A stretch of 64,000 nucleotides of DNA from Scenedesmus sp. PABB004. Its lineage: Eukaryota. Position numbers and translations under genes: made by a program. Below, one piece after another: positions 1 to 12,755 of the stretch. The number at the start of each line of letters is the position of its first letter. Within the stretch, counting starts at the first letter, position 1. Where the stretch lies: the NCBI GenBank assembly GCA_014905635.1, contig JABVCE010000002.1, positions 496,001 to 560,000 on the forward strand. Reading direction: 5' to 3'. Below the pieces are notes generated by a model, which did no database searches, was not told the origin of the DNA, and was given only the letters and a program-made list of their open reading frames with translations.

Positions 1-280
1 GAGCAGCCCGCGGCGCCGCCGGGGGGCGCGGTGAAGTCCACCAGGTGCGCGCCGACCGAGCCCTGCCCCAGCAGCCGCCCGCCCGGCGGCACGAGGCCCC
101 CGCCGTCGGACGGCGTCACGAGCGCGTCGGCGGGCGCCTGCGGCGGCCCCGACGCCTGCGCGGGCGCCACGTGGTCGCCCGTGGCGAGCTGCAGCGCCTC
201 GAGCATCCCGCTCATCTCCTCGTCCGGCGCGCCGCCCTCGCCGCCCGGACCGCCGGCGGCGTGCTGCTGCTGCGCCGCCG

Positions 281-327
<47 letters not shown>

Positions 328-3307
328 GCCGCCTGCTGAGCCGCCTGCGCCGCCGGCTGGTGCTGGTGCTGCGGCGGCTGCGGCGGCTGCGGCTGCAGCG
401 GCGGCAGCCCGCCGGGCCCCCCGGCGCGGCCTGCCAGTACTCTGCCATGAACTGCGCCAGCTCCAGGCTCATCCCCCGGTCCGGCGGCGCGGGGCCCGCC
501 GCGCGGGCGCCCGCCGCGCGGGCCGGGCCCGCGGCGGCGCCCGGCGGGCGCGGCGGCGAGCCCGGCGCGTCGCGCCGCAGGCCCGCCGCGCCGCGCGCCT
601 GCTGCGCGTCGTACTCTGCCAGCAGGCGCGCGACCTCGGTCTGGTCCATGAGGCTGACCACGTCGCTGTCGCCGCAGCGCACCAGCGGCGGCGGGCGCTT
701 GGCGCGCGCGCCGCCGCCGTCGCCGCCGCCGGCCTGCTGCTGCGCCAGCAGCGCCTGGCGCTGCGCGACCATGTGCTGCTGCAGCTGGCGCAGGCGCTGG
801 CGCTGCGCGACGGCGGCCATCTCGGGGTGCTGCCGCGCCGCCGCCGCGCCGGCGCCCAGCGGCGGCGCCGCCGGCGCGGGCAGGGGCTCGTCGTTGTCTG
901 GGATGAGGTCAGTCAGCAGCTGCAGCAGGTCCCCGCTCAGCGTGTCGTCCAGCACCGCGCCCGCCGCGCCCGGCGGCAGGCCGCCGCCCCCCAGCTGGCC
1001 GCGCACCGCCGCGAGGTGCGCCGCGCCGAGCGCCGGCTGCGGCGGCTGCGGCGCCGGCGGCGGGGCGTAGCCGCCGCTGCCGGCCGGCGCGAGCGCCGCG
1101 CGCTGCGGCGCCGCGTCGGGGTGCCCCGCCGACGTCGCGCCGCTGAAGCTCGCGCCGTCGCCGTGCGCGGCGTGGTGCGGGCCGCCGCCGTACTGCGTCG
1201 CGCTGCTGAGCGTGGGCGACCCGTGCGCGCCGCCGGGCGGGCCCGGCGCGCAGGGCGCGTCGCGCGGCAGCACGAAGCGGCCCTCGAAGCGCAGCAGGTA
1301 GTCCCGGTAGACCTGCTGCAGCGCGCGCAGCGGGTCGGGCACCTCGGGGCAGGGCCACGCGGGCAGGCCCAAGCCCTGCGCCAGGTCCTGCCAGAGCAGC
1401 AGGTCGTCCTTGGCGCGCGCGTAGCCGCCCGCCTGCATCACCAGCACAAACAGCTGGCGCAGCGGCACGAGCTGGCGGCCGACGAGCGGGCGCTGGTTGA
1501 TCGGGAGCAGCCGCCACGGCGGCGTCGCGCGGCGGCCCTCCAGGTACGAGAGCATCTCGACCACCGCCTGGCTCGCGTCGCCCTCGAGCCGGTCGCCGCC
1601 GGGCAGCCGCACCAGCAGGGGCGCCCCGCCGCAGCCAGCCGGCGCCGCGCCGGCGCCCCAGTCGCCGACTGCCTGCATGTCCAGCGCGGCGGCGGCGGCG
1701 TCGTCCAGCCCGTTGCTGCCCGCGGGCGAGAGGCCCCCGCCGAACGCCGCCGCCGCCGCGCGGCCGTTCGGCCAGCCGCCGCCGGCGCCGAGGTCGGCCA
1801 GCGAGCCCGCGGTGCCGGAGCTGCCCTCGGGCTTCGCCGCCGGCGCGCCGGGCCTGCCGCCGCGCGCCGCGTGGACGCCGCGCCGCGGCGCCGGCCGGCT
1901 GCCGGCGTCGGGCGAGTCGGGCTCGCCGAGCATCACGGGCGCGACGCCGCGCGTCGCGCGCACGGGGCGGCGCGGCAGGCCGGTGACGGGGTCGACCTCC
2001 GCGGGCAGGATGGCCGACGGCCCCGGCAGCGGGTCGGGCTTGTCGCGCGGCTTCTTGGGCAGCTCGAGGCCCTGCGACAGGTACCACTCGCCGACGGGCC
2101 GGCCCAGCTCGCCTGCCGGGCGCGCGCGCGCGGCGGCGGCGGCGGCGGCGGCGGGCGGCGGCGGGCGGCGGCGGCGGCGGCGGCGGCGGCGGGTGAGCGC
2201 GCGCGCGCGCGCGCGCGCGGCGGCGGCGCGGCGAATCGCGGCGCCCGGCCCCCGCCGCCTCCAGCCGCGGAGGGCTGCTGCCGCGCGCGCCGCGTGCACA
2301 GTGCGTGCACAGCGCGGGCGCGCGCGCGGCGCGCACCGTCGTCGTTGACGAGGCGGATGCTCTGCTTCCACTTCTTGGTCGCTGAGCGGCCGCCGAGGCG
2401 CTCAAACTCGGTGGGCGAGACCTCCTTCTCGTGCGGCGTGCCCTCGTGGAGCACGATGCGGGCGCGGTGCACCTGCAGCGTGCCCACCATGTCGCCGCAC
2501 GACACGCGCAGGTTGACGACGGGCATCACGATGCGTGGCTCGCCGCCCTCGCCGCACGCCTCGGTGCCGTCGGCGCTGTCGTCGCCGCCGGGGCTGCCGG
2601 GCGCGTTGGAGCCCGACGCCGCGGGGCTGCTCGTCGCAGCGGGCGAGCCGTCGCCCAGCAGCGCCGTGAAGCCGCCCGCGGGCGCCACGCCGGCGCTGGT
2701 GCTGGGCGCGTCGCCGCTGCCGCACGGCACGAGGCCCAGCGGCGCGCCGCCGCTGCCGGCCCGCATGGCGCCGCCCCACCCGGCCTGCGGCGGCGCCTGG
2801 TGGAGGAGCTGCTGCTGCTGCTGCTGTTGCTGCTGGTACTGGTGCTGCTGCTGCTGCTGCTGGTGCTGCTGCGGGCGCTGGAGCTGCGGCAGCTGCTCCA
2901 TGCCGGCGAGGTCGTTGGACTGGCACGGGCGCCCGCGCCAGTCGCCGAGTACGGCCGCCTCTACGAAGGGATCGTCCGAGAGCGCGCTAGAGCCGCTGTG
3001 CGACTGGCCGCCCGCGCTGTCGCCAAAGCTCGGCACCCGCGGGGCGCCGCCGAGCAGCGGCGGCGCGCACTGCCCGCGCGCCTCAAACGGCTCGCAACCC
3101 GGGCCACCGAGGGCGGGGTGCGCTAGGCTAGGCGGTTGCTGCGACTGGAACAGCACCTGCGGCGCGGCGCGGGCGGGGGCGCGGGCGTGGCAATGCGCGC
3201 GCCGTGCGCCGCGCCCCGCGCCGCATCGCGCCCGCGCTGCCGACCTTGAGCACAGGCGGGTTCTGCCCGTGCCCTGAGCGTGCCCGCACCTGCTGGCGAA
3301 AGTCCAT
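1..3307 (-). CDS. SAND (VARL/RegA-like) + ARID/BRIGHT domain transcription/chromatin factor, 3' end runs off the window
   Basis: Exons 3307-3290 (MDFRQQ), 3156-2337 and 2112-<1 with GT-AG introns. SAND motif LRVSCGDMVGTL...VSPTEFERLGGRSATKKWKQSIR; ARID-like RPLVGRQLVPLRQLFVLVMQAGGY...WQDLAQGLGL...LQQVYRDYLLRFE; polyQ tracts. Apparent -1 frameshift near 410-422. Confidence 0.8.
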
Positions 3308-4115
3308 CACGCCGGGCGAGGAGGCTAGGTGCGCATGCCGCCCCGCGCCGGGCGCGGCGGGTGCCTCGCACGCTGAGGGGCGCCCTGGGGGTGGTCATGG
3401 GCGCGTCGCGTCTCAGAGGCGGCGCTGCGTGGCCCCTGCCGACCGTGCCAGCAGGAGTAGCCGGTCTGCCCGCGCCCGCGCGCTGGCAGGGGGTCCGATC
3501 CAGGCTGCGCGCTGCCCGGTGCGCGGCTGGCAATCAGTGCGCGCCGATGCGCCGGCCCGGACGCACAGGCGCGGCCGCGCGCGGGCGCGAGCGAGCCTAA
3601 CACGCCCTCCCTCCCTCGGCGCGGCCCGCAGCGCGTCGCGCAGAGGCGCCCAGGACGCACCAGTGTGCGGCGGACGCCCTCCCGCCGCCCGCTGGCCGCC
3701 CGACACGCGCGAGCCGGCTCCTGCTGCGGTGGCTTGGCGTGCGGGGTGCGTCTACAGTACTGCGGCCTGGGCGCTGGGCTGGCGGCGCGTACGGTGCCTG
3801 CGCGCACGGTGCCGGGCGACGGGCCGGGCGCCGCGCAGGCGGGACCCGGCGAGCGGCCCAGCAGAACAAGGCGCGAAGGTGCCGCGCCGGAGCGTCGCAG
3901 CCACGTTCGTGCGCCGCCCTCGGCGTTGTATCGAGCTCACGACGTCGCCCTGGGCGCGCAGCAGGGAGAGCGCGCGTGTGGGCGCGCGGCCGCCGCTCGC
4001 CGCGGCGCGCGCCCACGCGGCACCGCCCTGCCCGAGGGTGCGCTGGTGGCGGTCATCAGGGGTCTTCCTGCCCACGCGCCGGGAGAGGCGGCTCAGACTC
4101 GGCGCTCGCCCCGCA

Positions 4116-4530
4116 GTGGTCGCCGGAGTGCGCGCGCTCACGCCGCAGTGGAGGGGTCGCCGGCGTGTGGCACCGCGCCGGCGGGCAGTGCCTGCGGTGG
4201 CGCTGCAGCCGGCCACGAGCTGGTGAGGGATCAGGGGCGGGTGTGCCGAGCGTCGGGCCCGGCCGGGTGGGCAGGCTGACCAGCGGCGTTGAGGGTGCTG
4301 CCAGGCGGCGGCGGGGCCGCGCGCGGGGTGGTGTGAGCAGTTGAAAGTCTCGCCAGTTGCACCAGTTGCACCCGCCCCGCCGAGGGGCTGCAATGCAGCA
4401 GCAGCTCCGCCACAAGCCTCCTCCTTCCCAGTTCCGCAGCGCTGCAACAGCCCCGCCTGCGCGCGCGCGCGCTTACGCGCCCGCGCCGTCGGCGCGCACG
4501 CGCTGCACCGCGCGCAGCACGTCCGCGTGC
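4116..4530. repeat. Direct duplicate (about 410 bp) of the SAL1 last codons and 3' UTR
   Basis: Near-identical to 5145-5554, including HADVLRAVQ(R/C)VRADGAGA*; stop is TAA here versus TGA in the gene. Confidence 0.9.
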
Positions 4531-5144
4531 CGCGAGGCTGTCACTCTGAGGCTCTCTCGAGGGCAGTCTGCGCCAGGGGCGCGCAGCAAGGCAAACGCGC
4601 CGCCGCGTGCACGTGGCCGGCTGCTGCTGGCGCGGCGGCAGCCGGCCGGCGCAATGCGCGTGGCGGTGCGCGCCGCGCCAGGCGAGCCGCGCGCACGCAC
4701 GAAACAACCGCCGTCGACAGATGGGCGCCGCGGCTGGTCGGGAGCTGCTTTGCCTCCAATCGGTGCTCGAGCGTGCTCGCAATCCAAACGAGTGCGCGCG
4801 GCCCCGCCGACCGCATATGAGGGCGGGGCGGGCGCTGCGCCACGTGACCGCCGCCCCTGCGTAACCGCTCTGCCCTCTCTGCGCCACGTCCACAGGTGAT
4901 GCAAGTGATGCCCGCCGCGCGAGCGGCCGCCTGACTGGCTGGCTACAACCGGCACCCGCCCACCCACTGCGCGCGCCCGGCCATGCGGTGGCGCGCGCGC
5001 AGCCAGGTTCAGGCTCAGCCTGGACTCCCCCCACACCCCCGCCCCGCTTTTTCTGGGCGACGAACGAGCGCCGCCCGGCAACTCCTGCCTCCCCAAAAGT
5101 TGTGCAGTGTGGTGGTGTTGTTGGTGTTGGTCCGGTCGTCCGGT

Positions 5145-5554
5145 GTGGTCGCCGGCGAGCGCACCACGCCGCAGTGGAGGGGTCGCCGGCGTGTGGCACC
5201 GCGCCGGCGGGCAGTGCCTGCGGTGGCGCTGCAGCCGGCCACGAGCTGGTGGGGGATCAGGGGCGGGTGTGCCGAGCGTCGGGCCCGGCCGGGTGGGCAG
5301 GCTGACCGGCGGCGTCGAGGGTGCTGCCAGGCGGCGGCGGGGCGCGCGCGGGGTGGTGTGAGCAGTTGAAAGTCTCGCCAGTTGCACCAGTTGCACCCGC
5401 CCCGCCGAGGGGCTGCAATGCAGCAGCAGCTCCGCCACGAGCCTCCTCCTTCCCAGTGCCGCAGCGCTCGCCCAGCCCCGCCGCCCGCGCGCGCGCTCAC
5501 GCGCCCGCGCCGTCGGCGCGCACGCACTGCACCGCGCGCAGCACGTCCGCGTGC
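5145..5554. repeat. Source copy of the SAL1 3'-end duplication
   Basis: Aligns by eye with 4116-4530. Confidence 0.9.
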
Positions 5555-7395
5555 ACCGCAGGCGGCGCGGCGACGATGCCGCCGTCGAGGTCGAGCCAGC
5601 GGCCGCGCGAGAAGTCGAGGCGCGCGCCCGCCGCGTCGGTGACGCGCCCGCCCGCCTCCTCCACGATGACCACCCCCGCCGCGTGGTCCCAGATCTTCTC
5701 CCGGTAGCTCGGCGGCGGGAAGCGCATGAAGATGTCGGCCTCGCCCCGCGACAGCAGGCCTGGGACACACGCACACGCGCACGCGCGGCGGCCGGTCGCG
5801 GGCGCGCGGGCGCGGGCGCGGGCGCGCGGGCGCGTGAGCGGCGAGTCGGGCGGCGCGCGGCGGGCCGGCGCAGCAGGGCCGCGCCGCGCCGCGGCGGCTC
5901 TCACCGTACTTGACCTGGCTGTCCATGCGCAGCGGGGGCAGCGTCACGCCCGCCTGCTTCGCCTGACGCGGCGCGCGCGCGGGCGGGGGCGTCGGCGCCG
6001 CGGCCCCCGCTGTGCTCGCCGCGCGCCGCGGCGCCCGCCCCGGTGCCCCCCCCCCCCCCCGGGCTGCGCCGCGCCGCGGCGCGCCGCACCACGGCCGCGG
6101 TGAAGGTGTGGTCTGAGTGCCGGCTCTCGTAGCTCTCCATGAAGCGCGCCCCGCTCGCGTCGGCGCCCTCGCGCACGCGCACGCGCGCCACCGCGCCCGC
6201 GAGGCGCCCCGGCGGCGCGCCCAGCGGGGCCACGTACGCGCCCGCGCCGCGGTGCGCGAGGAAGAGGCAGCCCACGTCGGCCGCCTCCGACTTGCGCGCC
6301 GCGCCTGCGCGGCCGGGCGGCGAGCGTGCGCGCGAGCGGCGCGCCGTGCCGCGCCCGCGCGTGCACCACCCGCGCCCCGCGCCTGCGCAGCCGGCGCGGC
6401 CCGCGCACCCGCGCCGCCGTCGTCGTCGCGCACGGCGCCCTGCGGCAGGTTGGGGCAGCCCAGCACGCCCAGCGCGACCTCGCCGTCCTGCAGCATGCCG
6501 AGGCAGACCGCGTACTGGCGCATGCCCACAAACCCCCGCGTGCCGTCAATGGGATCCAGCACCCAGTGCCGCCCCGACGGCCCGCCCGCGCTCTGCCCCA
6601 GCTCTGCCGATGGGCGGCGGCGGCGCGGCAGCGGCGGCGTCGCGGAAGCGTGCAGCGCGCGCCGCGTGCGCCGCGCCGCGCTCGGCCCGGCTCCCGCCGC
6701 GCCGCGGCGCGTGGGGCGCGGCGCGCACCGATGAGCGCGACCACGTCGGCCTCGCTCAGCGGCGCCGCGCCGTCGACCTCGGCCAGCACGCTGTTGATGA
6801 GCTGGGTGATGCGCGCCAGCATCGCCGCGCCGCTCGGCGCGCTGCGCAGCGGGCGCGGGCGTCGGCGTCGGCGCGCTGCCCGCCGCGCGTGCGCGCGCTT
6901 GCGGCGGCGGCAGCTTGCGCCCGGCGGGCTCCGCCCCGTGCGCTCACCGCAGGTCCTCGGCGTCCTCCTCCGCCACCATGGACAGCCGGGTCGCGGGGTC
7001 GGCGCGCTGCAGCGCCCACGCCACCAGCGCCTGCGCGCCGTAGTCAGCCACCGTGACGGGGGACTCGTCCTCCTTGTCCGTCTTCTCGTGCGTCGCCAGC
7101 TGCTGCTGCACGCGCTGCGCTCGGCGGCGGCGGCCGCGGGTCTGTGGGCGACCGCGCGCCGCGCCGGCCGGCCGCGCCGCCGCGCGCACACCTGGCAGAG
7201 CTTGCTGGCCAGCTGCACCGCCGCGCAGGCGGCCTCCAGCTCGGCCGCGTACGCCGCGCCGGCGAGCGGCGTGCCCGCCCACGGCGCTGCGCCGGCGGCG
7301 CTGCCCGCAGAGTGTACCATGACCCTGGCTTGCGACGCCGCACGACCAGGTCGCGCACCGCAGACACGGCGGGCGAGGACGGAGCGGGCCAGCAT
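5497..7395 (-). CDS. SAL1: 3'(2'),5'-bisphosphate nucleotidase / PAP phosphatase (SAL1/HAL2, inositol monophosphatase family) with organellar transit peptide
   Basis: 7 exons. Motifs KEDESPVTVADYGAQA, MVAEED, WVLDPIDGTRGF, VLGCPNLP, RMDSQVKYG, YREKIWDHAAG. Confidence 0.95.
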
Positions 7396-7750
7396 GCGGG
7401 GGGCGTGCGACGGCTGCTGAGCGGCGCTGCTTGCGAGTTGCGGGGCGCGCCGAGGGCGCGCTGTGCTGTGGTTGCGAGGGAGGGACTGACACAGCGTCTG
7501 GAGAAGCGGCGCGGGGGCTGGGATCGGGATTCGCACGCCAGGCCGTCGCAAACCTCGATCGACTGCCGGCGGGCAGTCTGCCGCCCACGCTGCTCCTGGC
7601 GCAGCCGGGGCGCCGTGCGGCTCCCAGTGCGCAGCGTATCGTGGTCTCGGCGCAGCAAGCCACACGCCAGTCCGGTCCCAGCCGCCGGCCGCGCGCCGCG
7701 CCAGCAGCCGCCGCGCCCGCCGCCGCGCGCCGCGGCCGCGCGACGCAAGC

Positions 7751-9308
7751 ATGCTCAAGCGCCTGGACTGGCTCCATGTGCACGGCGACGCGGGTGGCAA
7801 CTCAAGCAGCAGCGACAGCGACTCGGGTGCGGGCCAGGAGCAGCGGCGGGGTCGCTGGCCGCCGCCGCCGCCGGCCGCTGCCGCCGCCCACGCACGCGCC
7901 GGCCGCGCCGCGCCGCGCCGCGGCGCAGACTCCTCACCCAGCAGCAGCGGGTTGGACGGCGGGGCGCCACGGGGCGGTGCCCGCGCCGGCGGCCGCGGGC
8001 GCGCCGCCGCGCGGCAGCCCGGCCGCGTGGCGGCCGCCAAGCGCGCGCCGGACAGCCCCGCCGCGGCGCGCAAGAAGTCGCGCCGCGCCGCCGCGGCAGC
8101 GCCGGACAGCGACGAGGGCGACGAGGCGAGCAGCGGCAGCGATGCAGCCGGCAAGGCCAGCGACGGCGGCGAGCCCGCCGCGGCGGCGCCGCCGCGGCGC
8201 GGCAGGGCGGCGGCGCCCCCGCAGCGCCACCCGCAGCTGCCGGACAGCAGCGACGACGACGACGACGGCGGCAGCGGCGACGACACCGACCGCAGCAGCG
8301 ACGACGAGCGGCTGCGGCACGCCTGGCTGTTTCGTGGCGGCGGCAGCGGGGGCGGCGGCGGCAGCGACGACGGCGACGACGGCGACGGCGGCAGCGGCAG
8401 CGATGGCAGTGGCAGCGGCGAGCCGGAGCTGCGTGTGGACGAGGTCGAGGCCAACTGGGCGGACGCGCCGCTGAGCGAGACCGTGCGGGTGAGGGGCGGA
8501 GGCCGCGTGTTTGAGCTCGCCCCCGCCCAGCGTGCGCTGGCTGCCCACGCGTTGCCCCGCGCCGCCGCCGCTGCAGGGCGCCGCGCTGCGCTGCGCTCCC
8601 TGCGGCGCGCTGCTGCTCAACGCGCAGAGCTATCGCACGCACCTGCAGAGCAAGGTGCGGCGCGCCCTGGCCCGCGCCGCCCCGCCCCGCCCCGCGCCCA
8701 GCCTGCGCTGCGAGCCGCGCGCCGACGCCCCCCCCCCCCCTTGGGGCGCCGCCGGCCGCCGCGCCCGCCCGAGCGCAGAAGCACGCCGCGGCGCTCAAGG
8801 CCTGGGACGCCGAGGACGACGGCCGCATCATCGTGTTTGCCGCCGACGCGCCCAGCAAAAAGGCGCGCGCGCAGCCGCCGCGGTGCTGCTGCGCGGCGGC
8901 TGCCGTGCGCCGGCGCGCGTGCGGCCGCTCACCTGCTCCTCCCCCGGCGCGTGCGCTCGCCCGCAGGCGCGCGCGGACGAGGGCGAGACCCACGCGGAGC
9001 GCCTGGCGCGCCTCAAGCGCGAGGCCGAGTCTGGGGCCGCGCGCGGCGGCAAGGCGGGCAAGCGGCAGCGCGCGCGGCGCGGCGAGGCGGGCGAGGGCGA
9101 GGGCGAGGGCGCCGCGCCGCGCAAGAAAGGCAAGCCCGGCAAGCGCGAGCGCGCCGAGGCCAAGGCCAAGGCCGCAGCCGGCGGCGGCGGCGCCAAGCCC
9201 AGGCCCAAGCCGGCGGCGGGCGCCAAGGCGGCGGGCGCGAAGCAGCTGGGTGGGTCGGCGCAGCGGCGCAAGGCCCAGCGTGAGGCGGCGCGCGCCGCTG
9301 CGGCCTGA
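7751..9308 (+). CDS. Acidic/Lys-rich protein with a single C2H2/U1-matrin-like zinc finger
   Basis: Spliced CAPCGALLLNAQSYRTHLQSK|KH finger, Asp/Ser-rich N-terminus, ETHAERLARL and KPGKRER basic tail. 3 introns, one GC-AG (8863-8966). Confidence 0.65.
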
Positions 9309-9583
9309 GCCCCGAACCCTCCGCCGGCGCCTGCGCTCGTAACGGCGCGCGGCGAGCTCCACCGCCCAGAGCTCCTGGTCAGCTCCTCGCACCGCCGCCA
9401 GCCACGGGCGCCGGGCCGCCGCGCCAACCCGCCGCAGCCGCCGCCGCCGTCGAGCGCGCGCGCTCGCCGCCGCGCCGCCCGCGCGCCGGCCAGCCGGCGC
9501 GGGACGCTCTCCGGGACCCCCCGGTGCCGCTCGCCGTCTCTGCAGGCACTGCGAGCGCCCAGCAGCAGCGCCAAGGCGCCGAA

Positions 9584-11826
9584 ATGGTGAAAAAGCGCTT
9601 CATCGACAAAAAGAACGCCACCACCTACACGCTCGTGTTCAGGAGCACCGAGGGCGACGCAGAGGATGAGGGCGACCGCGTGCTGGTGCCGTCGGGCGAG
9701 CTGGGCGCCGCGCCGGCCGAGGAGCGGCCGCCGAGCGACCCGCGCGCGCTGTACGCCCACTTCTTCGGCGCAGACGACGACGACGACGAGGTGCGTGGGC
9801 AGACGCACGCGACGCGACGCGGCCCGGCCGCCGTCGGCGCGCACAGCCGCCGCGCCGCGCGCGCCCGCTGCTGCCGCCGCCGCCGCCCGCCGCGCATGCG
9901 CCCGCCGCCGCCGCGGCCCCGACACCACCACCTGGCTTTGGCCACCGCACGCCGCCCGCGCAGGCCGGCGCCGGCGTGAGCGACGCGCGGCGCCGCGAGC
10001 TGCTCGAGTACGGGTTCCCCGACGACGGCTACGACTACCTCAAGCACTGCAGGGTCATCGGGCGCGGCAGCGCGTCGATGCAGACCAACGCCGCGCCCGA
10101 CGGCGGCGGCGGGGCGGGCAGCAGCAGCGGCGCCGCCGCCGCGGCGGCGTCGTCGGGGCCGTCGCAGGCGGTGTTCCTCCGCGCGCCGCGCGTCGTCGCG
10201 CCCGACGAGGACGTGCGGCTCGTGGACGCGCGGCGTGTGGCGGTGGCCGGCCGCGGCGCCGCGGCGCCGGGGGCGCCCGAGGCGGCCGCCGCCGACGCCG
10301 CCGCGGCCGCGGGCGCGGCGGTGCTGGCGGTGCCGGGCGCGGCCGCCGCGCCCGCGGCGGCGCGCCGCCTCGGCGGCCGCGAGCTCGCGGCGGAGCTGGC
10401 GGAGCTGGAGGCGGTCATGGCGGCGGCCGAGGCCGCGAGCGACGCCGGCGACGCGGCCGGCGAGGAGGGGCTGGGCGACCTGACCGACGACTTTGTGCTC
10501 GAGGCGGCGGCAGGCGGGGGCGGCAGCGACGGCGGCGACGGCGGCGCGCGCGCCGCGGGCGCGGGCGGCGCAGCGCGGGCAGCCGCGGGCGGCGACGCGG
10601 AGGGCAGCGAGGACGAGGAGGATGAGGGCGAGGAGTTCAGCAGCGACCTGTCGGACGACGAGCCCCCGGCCACGAGCGGGCGGCAGGCGCAGCACGCGCA
10701 GCAGCTCGCGCAGCAGCGGCAGCAGCCGGGCGCCAGCAGCAGCGGCGGCGCGGGCGCCGTGCGGCCGCGCAGCGCCGCGTTTGACGCGCTGAGCGAGCAG
10801 TTTGACCACCTGCTGTCGGCGTACGACGACGAGCAGCTGGGTGACCTCGAGGGCGACGGCCGTGCCGCGGGGCGGCTCGGCCCCGCCGCGCTCGCCGCGC
10901 TCGTGGCCGCGGGCGAGGGCGGCTGGCAGCCGCCGGCGCGCGCGCCGCGCGCGCCCGGCAGCGACGGCGGGGCGCCGTCGAGCGGGGCGCCGTCGAGCGA
11001 GGCGGGCGACGAGCGCGGCGACGAGCTCGGCCCGCTCGGCCTCGCGGCCGCGCGCCGCGCGGCGGCGGGCTTTGAGCCCAAGGTGGAGAGCTTCGCGGAG
11101 CGCGACGACGCGGTCATCGCCGCGGTGCGCGCGCGGCTGGCGGCGCAGGAGGCGGCCGACGCGGGCGGCGGCGGCGCGGGGCCCGCGCGCGGCCGCGGCG
11201 TGCTGGAGGGCGAAGAGCTCGCCACGGTGTACCTGCCGGACAGCCGGGAGCGCTGGGACTGCGAGAGCGTGCTGTCCCTGCGCAGCAGCGCGAGCCACGC
11301 GCCCGCGCGCATCGCGAGCGAGGCCGGCGGCGGCCGCCGGCGGCGCGCCGGCGGCGCGTCGGCGGCCGCGGCCGACGGCGACGGCGACGGCGCCGGGGGG
11401 CTGATCCGGCTGAACGCCAAGACCGGCCTGCCCTCGGGCTACGGCGCGGCCAGCATGGCGGCGGCCGCGGCCGCGGCGGCCGCCGCGGCGGCGGCGGCCG
11501 CGGGCGAGCCGCTGCGCCTGACGAGCGCCAGCCTGGGCCTCGTAGCCGGCGCCGGCGGCGGCGAGGGCGGCTCGGACGACGGCGGCGGCCCTGGCCCCGG
11601 CCCTGGCGGCGACGGCGACGGCGTCAGCATGGCGACGTCGATGTACGAGCGGCCGCGCGGCGAGAGCGCCGAGGAGCGGCGCGCGCGCAAGGGCGCGGTC
11701 AAGGCGGCGCAGCGCGACGCGCGCGCGACGAAGAAGGCGCTGAAGCAGCTCTACACCGCCGAGGCGACCAAGCAGCAGCGGCAGCAGGCGGCGGCGCCCA
11801 AGGCCGCCGTGTTTGCCATCCCGTGA
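9584..11826 (+). CDS. LTV1: Low temperature viability protein LTV1 (40S biogenesis factor)
   Basis: MVKKRFIDKKNATTYTLVFRS, YGFPDDGYDYLKH, WDCESVLSLRS, ESAEERRARKGAVKAAQRDAR; one intron after 9790. Confidence 0.92.
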
Positions 11827-12181
11827 AGGAGCGGTCGTCGTCGCGGTTGTGACGCTCCGGCCGCCGACTGTGCCAGACTGGCACTGCCAGTACTCCCTGC
11901 GGCCCGTCGTGGGCGCCAGCGCCGCCCCTCCGCCCCGTCCGACGCGGCAGGAGCCCCGCGGAAGCAGCCCACCCCCGCCGCGTGCCCACCGCAGCAGAGC
12001 CGCCGCTGCCGCGCGCCGCCCCGCCGCCGCGGCGCGGCCAAGCCGCCGCGTGCGCCGCGGCATGGAGCCAGGGAGTGCCGCGTTGCCCGCGGCACACGGC
12101 GACGCGAGCGCGCGGTAGGCGCCCGAGCAGCAGCGCGCCGGCGCCGCAGCCCCTGGGTCCGGCGCCGCGGCGCAGCTCCAG

Positions 12182-12715
12182 ATGGCGGCCGCCATGTGGA
12201 GAGCGCTGGTGGACAGCCGCCTGATCGTCCTGCTCGCAGCGCTATGGGTCTACGCCTTCGGTGCGGCCCGGCGCCGATGCTGAAAACGCTCGCAGCCTGG
12301 CGCCGCCCGGTGCCGGCGGCGTGGGGCCCCACGCCACCCCGCGCACACCGCCGCCACCGCCTCGCAGGCTATGCGGTGCTGGTGCCGCAGCTGCCGACGC
12401 TGCTGACCAACTTTTTTGCTGCGCGGCGCGCGGGCGAGGCCGTCGACTGCTTCTCCGCGGGCGCGCCGCCGCCGCCGGCGTGCGCCGCGGCGCACTCGGA
12501 CGTCGTGCAGTGGACGAGCTGGACGAGCCTCGTGAGCAACACGCTGCTGGGGTGCCTCTGCGCGCCGCTCGTGGGCGACCTGAGCGACAATTGGGGACGC
12601 AAGCCCTTCATCGTGGCCGGCCTCCTCCTCGGCGGCCTCCCCATCGCCGTCGTCGCCGCGCACCTCGCGGGCGCGGTCTCCCTGCTCTGGCGCGCGCCGC
12701 CGCCGCGCCGCCGCC

Positions 12716-12755
<40 letters not shown>

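Noticed and set aside
12062..12118. Short upstream ORF MEPGSAALPAAHGDASAR* before the MFS gene
   Set aside because: TSS unknown and no conservation evidence; it may lie in the LTV1 3' UTR.
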